DNA of 64,000 nt from Syntrophales bacterium (GCA_963662405.2 CAXXKT010000001.1:1600001-1664000); one strand, 5' to 3'. Numbered from the stretch's first letter, positions 1-10,361 are shown. Made by a program: numbers and translations. Notes: generated from the sequence alone by a model not told the origin.

Positions 1-440
1 CGGTAGGTGTTCGGCGGAAAGGAGGCGTGGTGGATCTCCGCGAGAAGATGAGTCGAGTAGGTCGGCTCCGGCATGATGATCCGGGCGTCGATTCGTATGG
101 AGCTGTATGCCCTCGCGATGGCGTCGCCGAGACCGTTGAAGAAGATAATATCTTCCTTGGTCATCTGGTACTTTCCCCGTTTGTTGACCTCTTCCGCGAG
201 GAATGCCCTGGTCTCGTCTATCCCCTTGGTGGGTGAATAGGCGTAGGAGCTGTCGTCGTTGATGATCTCCGTCAGGGTTTCCTTCATCCACTCGGGGATC
301 TTTTCTCCCTTCACCACCGGATCGCCGATATTTTCCCACGTAACCTCGATGCCGTATTCCTTCAGTTTTTCCGCTATATTAACGATATTCCGTATCTCGT
401 ACGATATCCCCGTCCCACTTTTTGCAATATCAAATCTCAT
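1..440 (-). CDS. PLP-dependent aminotransferase class I/II (5' part; runs off the window edge)
   Basis: Own translation from ATG at 440: MRFDIAKSGTGISYEIRNIV...WENIGDPVVKG...YAYSPTKG...IIFFNGLGDAI...EPTYSTH. NIGDP, YSPTKG and P-x-Y motifs of AlaT/AspAT-like enzymes; GGGAGA RBS upstream. Not in the ORF track because it is truncated. Confidence 0.85.
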   Translation of the reverse strand, partial: MRFDIAKSGTGISYEIRNIVNIAEKLKEYGIEVTWENIGDPVVKGEKIPEWMKETLTEIINDDSSYAYSPTKGIDETRAFLAEEVNKRGKYQMTKEDIIFFNGLGDAIARAYSSIRIDARIIMPEPTYSTHLLAEIHHASFPPNTY

Positions 441-717
441 GGCCGTGTTCTCTCCCGATAATTTATCTATAATCGTAAACCTATAGTATATGTTGCAAAA
501 TAATTCTACAAAAATCTCCCTGAGTCTGAAATTGCCCCGAAGAAAGGTCGTTTTGTCTGTGTTTGGCTGATATGGACTATTCACATCCGGTCGATTTGCT
601 GAGTGGGGATCCGAATGTATCGCCGGCAGGGCGCCGTTTCTGTCCCATGATGCCACTCTGCGGCAGAAAGGACAGGATCTCAGCAACCAGGCCGTAATTG
701 TGGAAGGGGGAACATCC

Positions 718-747
718 TTGACAGGGCCTTGACCGGAGGGGTATAAG
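718..747 (+). promoter_or_regulatory. sigma70-type promoter of the cobalamin operon
   Basis: TTGACA (718-723), 18-bp spacer, TATAAG (742-747), directly upstream of the riboswitch. Confidence 0.6.
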
Positions 748-756
748 CGTATTTTC

Positions 757-910
757 AATGTACGGGTGGATGTGAGGAAGAGGGGTGCAATTCCCCCGCT
801 GCCCCGCAGCCGTGAAGGGAGCGAACACCCACATAAGCCACTGTTCCGAGATAATCGGGGCGGGAAGGCGGGTTAGTAGGTCGCCCTGAGCCGGAAGACC
901 GGTCCGCTCG
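757..910 (+). ncRNA. cobalamin (AdoCbl) riboswitch
   Basis: Conserved B12-element motifs in the right order: GGTGCAATTCC, GCTGCCCCGCAGCCGTGA, GCCACTG, CGGGAAGGC, GAGCCGGAAGACC; precedes btu/cob genes. Confidence 0.93.
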
Positions 911-1030
911 CAGATCCTCGAGGGAGGCGTATCGCGAAGTGGTTGTATTTTGTTGTGACCCCGGGAGGTATATCGCCGTTTTGCCCTGTCGCGATGGTGC
1001 CATGTCCTCGTCCTGTTGCAAGGATGTGTC

Positions 1031-2056
1031 ATGGAAAAGTTGGTTGTTACCCCGTCGAGGATAGCCAGGGTCAGTGTGCTTCTGGCCGTTTTTTTTGTGA
1101 TCGTGGGGGGGGGCTCTGTTTTGACGGGTACCGCCGGTGTCGGTGCCGTTCGGGTTATGAATGGTATCGTATCTTGGTGGCGAGACGGTTCTCTTGCACT
1201 CGATCCCTCTGAACGGACCATCCTCTTTGAGATCCGCCTGCAGCGGGTCATCTTTGCCGGGATCGTCGGCGCGGCCCTCTCCACCGCCGGTGTCGTATTC
1301 CAGGCACTCCTCCGGAATCCCCTGGCTGATCCCTATATCCTGGGGGTGTCTGGGGGGGGCGCAGTGGGGGCGATTATCGGTATCCTCATCGGGGCGGGGG
1401 CCGTTCCCTTCGGCATCCCCGCGCTGGCCTTTCTCGGGGCGATCCTGACGGTAGCCCTGGTTTTCATGATCGGAAGCAGGGAAGGGGGCCTCGACTCCAA
1501 CACCCTCCTCCTTGCCGGGGTCATCGTCAACGCCTTCTTTTCGGCCGTTATCATGTTCTTCATGTCCACCAGTTCCAGCGCTGAGCTGCACACCATCACC
1601 TTTTGGCTGATGGGGGACATGGGTATGGCAGATGGCGGGAAGAACATGCTCATGATTTTTCCTCTCGCCGGGGGAGGCGTTCTCGTATATCGCTATGCTC
1701 GGTCTCTGAATCTGATCGTGAGCGGTGAAGAGACCGCCATGCAACTCGGCGTGGATGTGAGGCGCGTAAAGATTATTTTGTTTGTCGTTGCCTCATTGAT
1801 TACCGCTGTCGCCGTCTCGTTTGCCGGGATGATCGGATTCGTCGGTCTCGTGATCCCCCACATGATGAGGATGGTGCTGGGGACGGATCACCGGCTCCTG
1901 CTCCCGGCGTCCTTGCTCTTCGGGGCGTCGTTCATGGTGATTGCCGATACGGTGGCACGGGTGATATTTGCCGGCATGGAACTGCCGGTCGGCGTGATTA
2001 CCGCCCTGTGCGGGGCACCCTACTTTGTCGTTCTCCTGAGAAAGAGGAGGCTATAA
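1031..2056 (+). CDS. btuC: corrinoid ABC transporter permease (BtuC/FecCD family)
   Basis: IRLQR, QALLRNPLADPYILGVSGG, GMIGFVGLVIPH and ELPVGVITALCGAPYF motifs; first gene after the riboswitch. Confidence 0.88.
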   Translation: MEKLVVTPSRIARVSVLLAVFFVIVGGGSVLTGTAGVGAVRVMNGIVSWWRDGSLALDPSERTILFEIRLQRVIFAGIVGAALSTAGVVFQALLRNPLADPYILGVSGGGAVGAIIGILIGAGAVPFGIPALAFLGAILTVALVFMIGSREGGLDSNTLLLAGVIVNAFFSAVIMFFMSTSSSAELHTITFWLMGDMGMADGGKNMLMIFPLAGGGVLVYRYARSLNLIVSGEETAMQLGVDVRRVKIILFVVASLITAVAVSFAGMIGFVGLVIPHMMRMVLGTDHRLLLPASLLFGASFMVIADTVARVIFAGMELPVGVITALCGAPYFVVLLRKRRL

Positions 2057-2058
2057 CC

Positions 2059-2904
2059 GTGTCAATTATCACCGTGACGGATGTCGATTTCCGGTACAAT
2101 GATATCCTGGCATTGCAGGCTGTCTCCTTCGATGTTCGCCGGGGGGAGTTTCTCGGGGTCATCGGTCCCAACGGTTCCGGAAAGACTACCCTCATCCGGG
2201 TGCTCGACGGCATCCTTGCGCCGGAGAGGGGTGTGGTCAGCGTGCACGACACTGCGATCCGGGGGATGAAGCGGAGAGATATTGCCCGGGTGATCGCTGT
2301 TGTCCCTCAGGAGTCCCCCATGGTTTTCCCCTTCAGGGTCATCGAGGTCGTCATGATGGGACGATCGCCGCACCTGGGGATGCTCCGATTTGAGGGGGAA
2401 AGCGACCTCCGGATCGTCGAGAAGGCGATGGAGATGACGGATACGACTCCCCTGGCGGATCGCAGCATGAACGGCCTGAGCGGCGGGGAACGACAGCGGG
2501 TCCTGATAGCGAGAGCCCTGGCACAGGAGCCGGAGGTAATCCTCCTCGATGAGCCGACCGCCTTCCTGGATATACGGCATCAGGTGGAATTGTTTGATCT
2601 CATGAAGGCCCTCAACAGAGAGCGGGAACTGACCGTTCTCGCCGTTACCCACGATATAAATCTTGCGGCATCATATTGTGACCGGGTTCTTTTGTTAAAA
2701 GAAGGAAATATCCACCGGATGGGGACGCCGGGAGAGGTCGTCACGGAGACGAACATCAGAACGGTATATGAGACCGATGTCCTTGTCGATGCCAATCCGT
2801 TAAGCGGGCTGCCGCGCGTGACGCTCGTAGGCCCGGACCTGTCGCACGAGGAAAGGATCGTATCTCGAGGGACACGGCAGGTCTCTATGGAACGGAACCG
2901 ATAG
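2059..2904 (+). CDS. btuD: corrinoid ABC transporter ATPase (BtuD/FepC family)
   Basis: GPNGSGKT, LSGGERQR, LLDEPT, THDIN; GTG start after GAGGAGG. Confidence 0.88.
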   Translation: MSIITVTDVDFRYNDILALQAVSFDVRRGEFLGVIGPNGSGKTTLIRVLDGILAPERGVVSVHDTAIRGMKRRDIARVIAVVPQESPMVFPFRVIEVVMMGRSPHLGMLRFEGESDLRIVEKAMEMTDTTPLADRSMNGLSGGERQRVLIARALAQEPEVILLDEPTAFLDIRHQVELFDLMKALNRERELTVLAVTHDINLAASYCDRVLLLKEGNIHRMGTPGEVVTETNIRTVYETDVLVDANPLSGLPRVTLVGPDLSHEERIVSRGTRQVSMERNR

Positions 2905-3863
2905 TGACCGTTATGCATACAGGTGAAGGATATCTCTCCGGTGAGCTCCAAGAACGTTTTGCGGCGGCCGTCGCCCGGAACCGGGGTGGGGGACTGCTCT
3001 TCTCCGGCGGTCTGGACTCGGTCCTGGTAGGTGCCTGTGCGGGGACCTGCACGGCCGTCTCCGTACACCTTGCCTCATACGGAGGGGATCGATGGTATGC
3101 GGAAAGAGGGGCGACCTTTTTGGGACTGGACCACCACCCGGTGACCGTTACGGTGGAGGAGGCCCTCTCGGTCGTACCGGAAGTTGTCGGGATCATGAAG
3201 AGTTTCGATCCGGTCATCCCCAACGATATCACCGTCTACCTCGGGCTCCGGCGGGCGAAGGGCATGGGGATCGCGAAGGTAATGACGGGGGACGGGAGTG
3301 ACGAACTCTTTGCGGGGTACGATTTTATGCAGAAGATACCGGATTTGACGGGGTATATGACTCGGATGCACGCCGCCATGCGTTTCAGCTCCAACACCCT
3401 TGGAGATTCTCTCGGAATCGTGATACGGCAGCCGTTTCTGGATGCGGAGTTTTTCGAATTCAGCCGGGAAATCGGACTTGATCTGAAGATCAGGGATGAA
3501 GGGGGAAAACGATGGGGGAAATGGATCCTCCGCAAGGCCTTTGCCGGTGTGCTCCCGCCGGAGATCCTCTGGCAGACCAAGAGACCCCTCGAATACGGTT
3601 CCGGCATGACACGACTGCGGGGGATCATCGAAAAGCGGGTGACGGATGAGGAGTTTGAGGAGGGGAAGCGTGCCTTTCCCGTCCGATTCTGGAACAAGCA
3701 GCATTATTACTATTACCGTCTCTACCGGGAGGTGGTGGGGAAGATCCCGCCCCCCGAAGATAATGAGAAAGAATGTGACTGCTGCGGAGCGGGAATGCCC
3801 CGAGGGGCTTTTCACTGCAGGGTCTGTGGAGATGTTGTTGCATGGAACGAACGGAAGAGCTAA
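2904..3863 (+). CDS. asparagine-synthase C-terminal-domain (N-type ATP pyrophosphatase) protein with C-terminal Zn ribbon and no glutaminase domain
   Basis: LLFSGGLDS PP-loop, GDGSDELFAGY, KWILRKAF, KRPLEYGSG; C-terminal CDCC...CRVC. Confidence 0.8.
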   Translation: MTVMHTGEGYLSGELQERFAAAVARNRGGGLLFSGGLDSVLVGACAGTCTAVSVHLASYGGDRWYAERGATFLGLDHHPVTVTVEEALSVVPEVVGIMKSFDPVIPNDITVYLGLRRAKGMGIAKVMTGDGSDELFAGYDFMQKIPDLTGYMTRMHAAMRFSSNTLGDSLGIVIRQPFLDAEFFEFSREIGLDLKIRDEGGKRWGKWILRKAFAGVLPPEILWQTKRPLEYGSGMTRLRGIIEKRVTDEEFEEGKRAFPVRFWNKQHYYYYRLYREVVGKIPPPEDNEKECDCCGAGMPRGAFHCRVCGDVVAWNERKS

Positions 3864-4567
3864 AGGCCTTTGTCTCATGGAGCGGTGGCAAGGACGCCGC
3901 TCTGTCCTGCTGGCGGGCGCTGAAAGAGGGATACCGGATTACCCACCTCTTGAACATGATCGACGAGGATGGTCACCATTCACGATCACACCATCTCAGG
4001 GCTGAAATCCTGAGATTGCAGGGAGAGGCGATGGGGGTCCCGGTTGTTCAGGTCCCCAGCTCGTGGGAGACATATGAAGAGAGATTTAAGAGCGCCCTTG
4101 CCGACCTCAAACAGACAGGGGTGAAGGCGGGGGTCTTCGGTGATATCGACCTGGAAGAACACCGGCAGTGGGTTGAACGGGTCAGCAAAGAATCGGGAGT
4201 GGATGCCCTCCTGCCGCTCTGGGGGGAATCGACGCGGGAGGACCTGCTGGAGGAACTGATCGCTGCGGGTTTTGAAGCGGTTGTCGTCGCGGTCAGGAGG
4301 GATCTTGTGGGACCGGAGTGGCTGGGGCGGCGGATAGATCAGGACTTTATCCACGATATCAAGGGGGTAAAGGGCGTCGATATCTGTGGTGAAGGAGGGG
4401 AATACCATACCGTTATCCTGTCGGCCCCCTTTTTCAAAGGGAGGATCAGTATCGAAGAAACTGAGACACTGTTTCATGAAGACAACATCTTCCTTGAGAT
4501 CACGCGGTGTGCCTTGGCAGGAGGGGAAGAGGCACCGACAGGGCGCCCAGTACAACGAGCGGGGTGA
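3842..4567 (+). CDS. DUF71/COG2102 (diphthine-ammonia-ligase-like) ATP-binding protein
   Basis: SWSGGKD, VFGDIDLEEHRQW, LLPLW and DICGEGGEYHT motifs. Confidence 0.88.
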   Translation: MERTEELKAFVSWSGGKDAALSCWRALKEGYRITHLLNMIDEDGHHSRSHHLRAEILRLQGEAMGVPVVQVPSSWETYEERFKSALADLKQTGVKAGVFGDIDLEEHRQWVERVSKESGVDALLPLWGESTREDLLEELIAAGFEAVVVAVRRDLVGPEWLGRRIDQDFIHDIKGVKGVDICGEGGEYHTVILSAPFFKGRISIEETETLFHEDNIFLEITRCALAGGEEAPTGRPVQRAG

Positions 4568-4571
4568 TGAC

Positions 4572-5087
4572 ATGATGGTATTTGTAACGGGCGGTGCACG
4601 GAGCGGAAAGAGTACCTTCGCCCAGAATCTCGGAGAATCACGTCCGGGGAGAAGGCTCTTTATCGCGACCGCCGAGGCCTTTGACGAAGAGATGGAACGA
4701 AGGATCAAAATACACCGCGAACAGCGGGGGGACCGGTGGGACACCTGTGAAGAGGCGATCGATCTGGGCGGTGTTATCGGATCGGCCCGAGGAGAATATG
4801 AGACCATCCTGATCGATTGTCTGACCGTCTGGATGTCCAACCTGATGCACCGATATGAAGGAAGGGATAAAGAAATGTCGCGTATGACCGATGCCTTCTT
4901 TCAAGCGCTGGATCCGTTTCCGGGGGTCGCGATCGTGGTTTCCAATGAGGTCGGAATGGGAATTGTTCCGGACAATAGGCTTGCGCGGGAATACCGGGAT
5001 CTCCTCGGCTTTCTCAACCAGCGGGCCGCGCGAATCGCGGACGAGGTATACCTCCTCTGTTCCGGGATACCCGTGAAGGTCAAATAA
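4572..5087 (+). CDS. cobU: adenosylcobinamide kinase / cobinamide-phosphate guanylyltransferase
   Basis: VTGGARSGKS, RIKIHREQR, LIDCLTVWMSN, VSNEVGMGIVP. Confidence 0.95.
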   Translation: MMVFVTGGARSGKSTFAQNLGESRPGRRLFIATAEAFDEEMERRIKIHREQRGDRWDTCEEAIDLGGVIGSARGEYETILIDCLTVWMSNLMHRYEGRDKEMSRMTDAFFQALDPFPGVAIVVSNEVGMGIVPDNRLAREYRDLLGFLNQRAARIADEVYLLCSGIPVKVK

Positions 5088-5102
5088 TAGACAGGAGAAA
5101 CG

Positions 5103-6161
5103 ATGCGAAGATTGCAGTCTGTCCTGAACCGTATCCGCCCTCTGGACGAAAGATTCCTGGAACGGGCGCAGCAAAAGATCGACAGCCTCACCAAGCCGCG
5201 GGGGTCTCTCGGCAGGCTGGAAGAGTGTGCCCGGCGGTACGCGGCCATCAGGGAGGATCTGGCCCCTGCCGTTAACAGAAAAGTAATCTTCACCTTTGCC
5301 GGTGATCACGGGATTGTCGAGGAGGGGGTGAGTGCCTATCCGGGGCAGGTGACCGTCCAGATGGTCTTGAACATGCTTGCCGGTGGCGCCGGCGTCAATG
5401 CCCTCGCCCGTCATGTAGGGGCGGAGGTTGTCGTCGTGGATATCGGTGTCAATCATGACTTTGTCCCGCCCGGGAATTTGATCGTCAGGAAGGTGGGATA
5501 CGGCACGCGGAACTTTACAAAGGGACCCGCCATGACCCGTGACGAGGCCCTCCGTTCGATCCGGGTCGGTATCGATCTGGCCGATGAATATGCGAAGAAA
5601 GGGATGGATATCGCGGGGACAGGGGAGATGGGGATCGGGAACACGACCCCTTCCAGTGCCATCCTGGCCGTGTTGGGGGGGATCGAACCCGAGGCAGTGA
5701 CGGGGCGGGGAACCGGGATCGATGATCGAACACTCGGGGTGAAGACGAGCGTTATCGAAAGGGCCATCGCCGTCAACCGTCCTGACCCCGGAGATCCCCT
5801 CGATGTCCTTGCCCGGGTGGGCGGTTTTGAGATCGGGGGAATAACGGGGCTGATTATCGGTTGTGCCGCCCGTCGGATACCGGTGGTGGTGGACGGTTTC
5901 ATATCGACGGCGGGTGCCCTGATAGCCACGCGGATGAGCCCGGTAATCAACGAATACCTGTTTTACTCGCATCTCTCCGCCGAGGCGGGACACCGCCAGA
6001 TGCTCGAAGCGATAGGGGGGCGACCGATTCTGGATCTCGGTATGAAGCTGGGGGAGGGAACGGGGGCGGCGCTGGCGATGTCGGTTATCGAGGCATCGGT
6101 AAAGGTCATGAATGAGATGGCTACCTTTGCGTCGGCAGGCGTGGATACGGAGACGGTATAG
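5103..6161 (+). CDS. cobT: nicotinate-nucleotide-dimethylbenzimidazole phosphoribosyltransferase
   Basis: [38 protein letters not shown]. Confidence 0.96.
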   Translation: MRRLQSVLNRIRPLDERFLERAQQKIDSLTKPRGSLGRLEECARRYAAIREDLAPAVNRKVIFTFAGDHGIVEEGVSAYPGQVTVQMVLNMLAGGAGVNALARHVGAEVVVVDIGVNHDFVPPGNLIVRKVGYGTRNFTKGPAMTRDEALRSIRVGIDLADEYAKKGMDIAGTGEMGIGNTTPSSAILAVLGGIEPEAVTGRGTGIDDRTLGVKTSVIERAIAVNRPDPGDPLDVLARVGGFEIGGITGLIIGCAARRIPVVVDGFISTAGALIATRMSPVINEYLFYSHLSAEAGHRQMLEAIGGRPILDLGMKLGEGTGAALAMSVIEASVKVMNEMATFASAGVDTETV

Positions 6162-6180
6162 CGATGGAAGGGACGACGAG

Positions 6181-6925
6181 ATGATTCAGCGATTCCTGAC
6201 CGCACTGCGGTTTCTGACGATCATACCGGTGCCGGGGGGACAAATCCTCAGTGATGAGGATATGGGGAGGTCGATGGCCCTGTTCCCCCTGATCGGTCTC
6301 CTGATCGGTCTGTTCCTGGCGGGGGGCAGGTATGTCCTGGGGATGATTTTCCCCGCCCCCCTGGCGGATATCCTCGTGATCGCCGTCCTGGTGGTGGTGA
6401 CCGGAGCCCTGCACCTGGACGGTGTTGCCGATACGATCGATGGTCTGGCGGGCGGAACGGACCGGGAACGGACCCTTGCCATTATGAGGGACAGCCGAAT
6501 CGGTTCATTCGGAGTCGTGGGGCTGGTGATCATCCTCATGCTGAAGGTGGTGGCCCTGATAGAGATCCCCGATGGGATGAAGGGAAGGGCCCTCATGCTC
6601 ATGCCTGTCTTGGGGAGGTGGTCGGCGGTTCAACTGGCTGCGTGGCTCGATTATGCCAGGATGGGAGAGGGAACGGGTCGTGCCTTTGCCCGATCCACGG
6701 GGAGAGGGGAATCCATCATCTCCACCGGCATCGCTGCCAGTGATCGCTGCGGGGATCTTCGGTATGGAGGGTATGGTTATGTTTCTTGGCATCGCCGTAC
6801 TGACTCTGTGCCTCGGATTGTTTTTCAGGAGGCGGATCGGCGGGGTGACCGGGGATGTTATGGGCGCGGCTTGTGAGATGAACGAGGTTGCCGTTTTGAT
6901 ACTGATATGTGCGTTCTTTATGTAA
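6181..6925 (+). pseudogene. cobS: cobalamin 5'-phosphate synthase, split by a +1 frameshift near 6738 (true pseudogene or assembly error)
   Basis: TGALHLDGVADTIDG and IMRDSRIGSFG in one frame; the C-terminal IGGVTGDVMGAACE is in the next frame (6653..6925 ORF). Removing one base at gcc-a-gtg joins them. Confidence 0.85.
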
Positions 6926-6953
6926 AGGACCATAAACCTGACGGGAGTGGATT

Positions 6954-7571
6954 GTGGAAACACCGACACGGATGTACCTGATACGGCACGGCCAGGTAAT
7001 GAATTATGAGAAATGTGCCTACAATGGCCACCGCGATGTGGATATCACCGAGCATGGCGTCCGGCAGATGGAAGCGGTGGCGGAGAGACTCAGGGGTAAA
7101 CCCCTGGCGGGGATTTACTGCAGCGATCTGATCAGGGCACGAAGGGGAGCCGATATCATTGCGGCTCCCCACGGCCTGACCCCCCGATCCCTTCCCGCCC
7201 TGCGGGAACTGGATGTCAAGCTGTGGGAGGGCCTGAATGCGGATGGTGTGGAGGAAAGGTTCCCGGGGGCCTTTGACGCCTGGATGAAACAGGGAATCGA
7301 CTACCGCATCCCCGGAGGAGAACGCGTCCGGGATCTGGTGAACAGGGTGATTCCTGCTCACCGGGAAATTTTGAATACACACAGGAGAGAGTCCGTTGTC
7401 CTGGTGGTACATGGAGGGGTCAATCGGGTGATCCTGGCGGATGCCCTGGGGGCCGGGTTCGATCGTCTCTATTCGATCGAGCAGGATTACGGTTGTATGA
7501 ACATTATCGATTATTTTGCCGACTATGCGGTCGTCAAGCTCGTCAACAAACGACTGCTCGACGGAGAGTGA
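6954..7571 (+). CDS. cobC: alpha-ribazole phosphatase (histidine phosphatase family)
   Basis: YLIRHG, SDLIRA, LRELD, VHGGVNR; lies within the cob cluster. Confidence 0.85.
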   Translation: METPTRMYLIRHGQVMNYEKCAYNGHRDVDITEHGVRQMEAVAERLRGKPLAGIYCSDLIRARRGADIIAAPHGLTPRSLPALRELDVKLWEGLNADGVEERFPGAFDAWMKQGIDYRIPGGERVRDLVNRVIPAHREILNTHRRESVVLVVHGGVNRVILADALGAGFDRLYSIEQDYGCMNIIDYFADYAVVKLVNKRLLDGE

Positions 7572-7577
7572 GGAAGA

Positions 7578-8493
7578 GTGCTTATCCGTACATCGCTCCG
7601 ATATCCGGGCCTCCTTTCGATGCTGCTCCTTGCGATCTTCTCGTTTCTGCGGGAGGCCGACGCCGTTCTGTACACCGACGAGGTGGGAAGGGATGTTGCC
7701 GTTTCTTCCCCCCCCCGACGGATCGTTTCTCTCGCCCCCAGCATCACCGAGACCCTCTTTGCCCTCGGCCTGGATCGGGAGATCGTCGGGGTGACCAGGC
7801 TGAGCGACTACCCAGAGGCGGCTCGATCGAAACCGCGGGTGGGTACTTTCATCAACATCTCTCTCGAACGGGTTGTTTCTCTGAACCCCGATCTGGTGAT
7901 CGGGACTGCCGATGGAAACCGGAAGGAGACGGTCTTACAACTGGAACGGGTCGGTATCCCCGTCTATGTCGTCAACCCGAAGAGCTGTGAAGAGATATTC
8001 CATACGATTCTGGATATCGGCAAGATAACGGGGCGGGAGAAAAGGGCGGAGGAACTCGTCACCGATCTGCGGGGAAGGATCGATCAGATTGCCTCGTCCT
8101 TGGAGGGCCTGAAAAGGCCCCGTGTCTTTCTTCAAATAGGGGTCAGTCCGATTATTACCGTCGGGAGCGGTACCCTCCATAATGAGCTGATACTCCGTGC
8201 CGGCGGGGGGAATGTCTACGATGGAGTAGCGGTGTCTTACCCTCGGTGTGGGATTGAGGATGTCATTGCCAGAAAGCCGGACATTATTATCCTTTCGTCC
8301 ATGAAGGAGGGGGGGAGATTTTCTCGAGGTCAGGGACGAGTGGAAGAGATGGAAGACTATCCCCGCAGTCAGCCATGAGAGGATTTACATTATCGATACG
8401 GACCTGATCGATCACGCATCACCCCGGATCGTCGACGGGTTGGAGAGGATGGCCGAGCTTATCCACCCGGAAGTCACCTGGAAGAAACGGTAG
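7578..8493 (+). pseudogene. btuF: cobalamin-binding periplasmic protein, frameshifted in a G7 run at 8309-8315
   Basis: RIVSLAPSITETLFALG N-terminus. With G6 instead of G7 the frame continues EGGDFLEVRDEWKRWKTIPAV...IDHASPRIVDGLERMAELIHPE to TAG at 8491-8493, a typical BtuF C-terminus. Confidence 0.85.
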
Positions 8494-8508
8494 AAAGGAT
8501 CTCTTATT

Positions 8509-9135
8509 ATGTTAGATTACTTTTATCAGGGAGGACCGGTTATGTACCCGCTCCTCGTCTGCTCCCTCGTATCCCTCACGATTGTTATAGAGAGGACCAT
8601 CTTCTGGATACGGGAGAAGCGGCGGCGTGATACAGAAATCCTGGACCGCTTTATGTCTTTTCTTGAGAGGGGGGAACTGGAAGCGGCGAAGACCCTGGTG
8701 ATGGACTGTCACGATCCCGTTGTCCGGGTTTTGGTATGTGGTATTGTCCACCGTGAGTTTTCACTCAGAGACGCCCTTCGGATGAGTGCCGATCAGGAGA
8801 TGGCGCGGATGAGACGATATCTTCCTATTCTCGACACGATGATAACCCTCGCCCCCCTGCTTGGTATCCTGGGAACCGTTACGGGGATCATATATTCTTT
8901 CAATATGCTCGGGACCGTGGGTGTAGAGAATCCGATGATAATAACGGCGGGAATCGGTCAGGCCCTCCTCACCACCGCTTTCGGCCTGACGATAGCGATC
9001 TTCAGTCTCATTCCGTACAATTATTTTCAGTCCAGGGTTGAGAAGACCGCGCAGGATATGGAGAAATACGGAACGACTCTTGAGATTCTCTTTGAAAGGA
9101 TTCAAAAAACGGAAAACGGCAAGCCTGGTCGGTAA
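8509..9135 (+). CDS. exbB: MotA/TolQ/ExbB proton channel
   Basis: APLLGILGTVTGII, GIGQALLTTAFGL. Confidence 0.88.
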   Translation: MLDYFYQGGPVMYPLLVCSLVSLTIVIERTIFWIREKRRRDTEILDRFMSFLERGELEAAKTLVMDCHDPVVRVLVCGIVHREFSLRDALRMSADQEMARMRRYLPILDTMITLAPLLGILGTVTGIIYSFNMLGTVGVENPMIITAGIGQALLTTAFGLTIAIFSLIPYNYFQSRVEKTAQDMEKYGTTLEILFERIQKTENGKPGR

Positions 9136-9141
9136 GTCCTT

Positions 9142-9591
9142 ATGAAGATTACACGAAAAGAGAATGGTCGGGCGCGGATCGAGATGGTACCACTCATTGA
9201 TGTGGTTTTTCTCCTCCTTGTGGCGTTCATATTTTTTGCCATGTCGATGACCGTATACCGGGGAATCCCCGTCGATCTGCCGGTCTCAGCGGCCTCCCTT
9301 GTTGAAGGTGAGGACTTTTTAGAGATCACGGTAAAGAACGATGGAATGGCGTATTTCAATGGGGAAGGGGTCGACCTCCAGGGCCTTCGATTGAGACTTG
9401 CCCGCCTCCACCGTGCATCTCCGGAGATACGGATTGTTGTCGCGGGCGACCGGGAGGCACCGTACGTATCGATCATATCGGTGATCGATGTGGTCAAAAG
9501 GGCCGGCATCACCGGGTTATCGTTGCGGACGGGGTTTCCCGATGAGGAACCGGACATGGTGTCGAGACAGACCGGGCGAGTCCGAGAATGA
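9142..9591 (+). CDS. exbD: ExbD/TolR biopolymer transport protein
   Basis: IEMVPLIDVVFLLLVAF, IPVDLP, AGDREAPY. Confidence 0.88.
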   Translation: MKITRKENGRARIEMVPLIDVVFLLLVAFIFFAMSMTVYRGIPVDLPVSAASLVEGEDFLEITVKNDGMAYFNGEGVDLQGLRLRLARLHRASPEIRIVVAGDREAPYVSIISVIDVVKRAGITGLSLRTGFPDEEPDMVSRQTGRVRE

Positions 9592-10361
9592 TGCAGGGGA
9601 GAGATTTTGCAATTGCGGCTGTTCTTGCCGTTGCGCTTCACTGCGGCATCGCGCTGGTGCGTATGCCGGTATCCGGGGCACCGCCACTTCTTACCAATCA
9701 GACGATCGCCATTTCTTTTCTTTCCCATGACTCACTGCCGGATGTCTTAGAGGATACAGCCCATGAAAATGAAGATAATGCGGCAAAGAGATGCCCTCCG
9801 AAAACAGCGGCGAAACACGATACGGTGAGGAAACAGGAACCGGTAACGGAAAGAGTGGCGCAGCAGATCGCGGAAAAGGGAGAAAAAAAAGCAGAAAAGA
9901 CGATCGCAAAGGAGGAGAAACAACGAAAACCGGTGGAACAGGCCGGGCCGGTGGAAAAAGACAGTATGCTCCTGGTTGAGACTCACGAAAGATCAGATCC
10001 TTCATTCGAAGGTCCGATCACGAAAACATCTCACCACGCACCGCCCCTACAAGAGACGAAAACGGCTCAACACATGCAATCGGAATCGGTTGCACCTCAT
10101 TACAGAAGCGCCCCGCCTCCGAAATACCCTGCGATCGCGCGCAGGAGAGGGTATGAAGGCGAGGTCCTTCTTGCCGTGGTAGTTTCGATTGATGGTACGG
10201 TTTCGAAAGTGACGGTGAAAAAGCCCTCCGGGCATTCTCTGCTGGATCGTGCCGCTGTGGAGGCTGTTAGCCGGTGGCGATTCGAGCCGGCCCGGCGGAT
10301 GGGCGTTTCCGTTTCATTGGAAGTGGATATTCCGGTGCGATTTGTGTTAGAAACGCCGTAG
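9588..10361 (+). CDS. tonB: energy transducer TonB
   Basis: N-terminal TM with ALH, charged linker, C-terminal PKYPAIARRRGYEG...LDRAAVEAVSRWRFEPA. Confidence 0.88.
   Translation: MMQGRDFAIAAVLAVALHCGIALVRMPVSGAPPLLTNQTIAISFLSHDSLPDVLEDTAHENEDNAAKRCPPKTAAKHDTVRKQEPVTERVAQQIAEKGEKKAEKTIAKEEKQRKPVEQAGPVEKDSMLLVETHERSDPSFEGPITKTSHHAPPLQETKTAQHMQSESVAPHYRSAPPPKYPAIARRRGYEGEVLLAVVVSIDGTVSKVTVKKPSGHSLLDRAAVEAVSRWRFEPARRMGVSVSLEVDIPVRFVLETP

Noticed and set aside
577..1744. Long minus-strand ORFs 577..1284 and 755..1744
   Set aside because: Antisense shadows of the riboswitch and btuC; no recognisable motifs.
3842..4567. Diphthamide biosynthesis role for the DUF71 gene
   Set aside because: Bacteria lack diphthamide-modified EF-2, and the context is B12 salvage.
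4638..5993. 451-aa antisense ORF over cobU/cobT, and similar ones over rpoB/rpoC/tuf such as 48951..50432
   Set aside because: Expected shadow ORFs from GC-rich codon bias opposite conserved genes.
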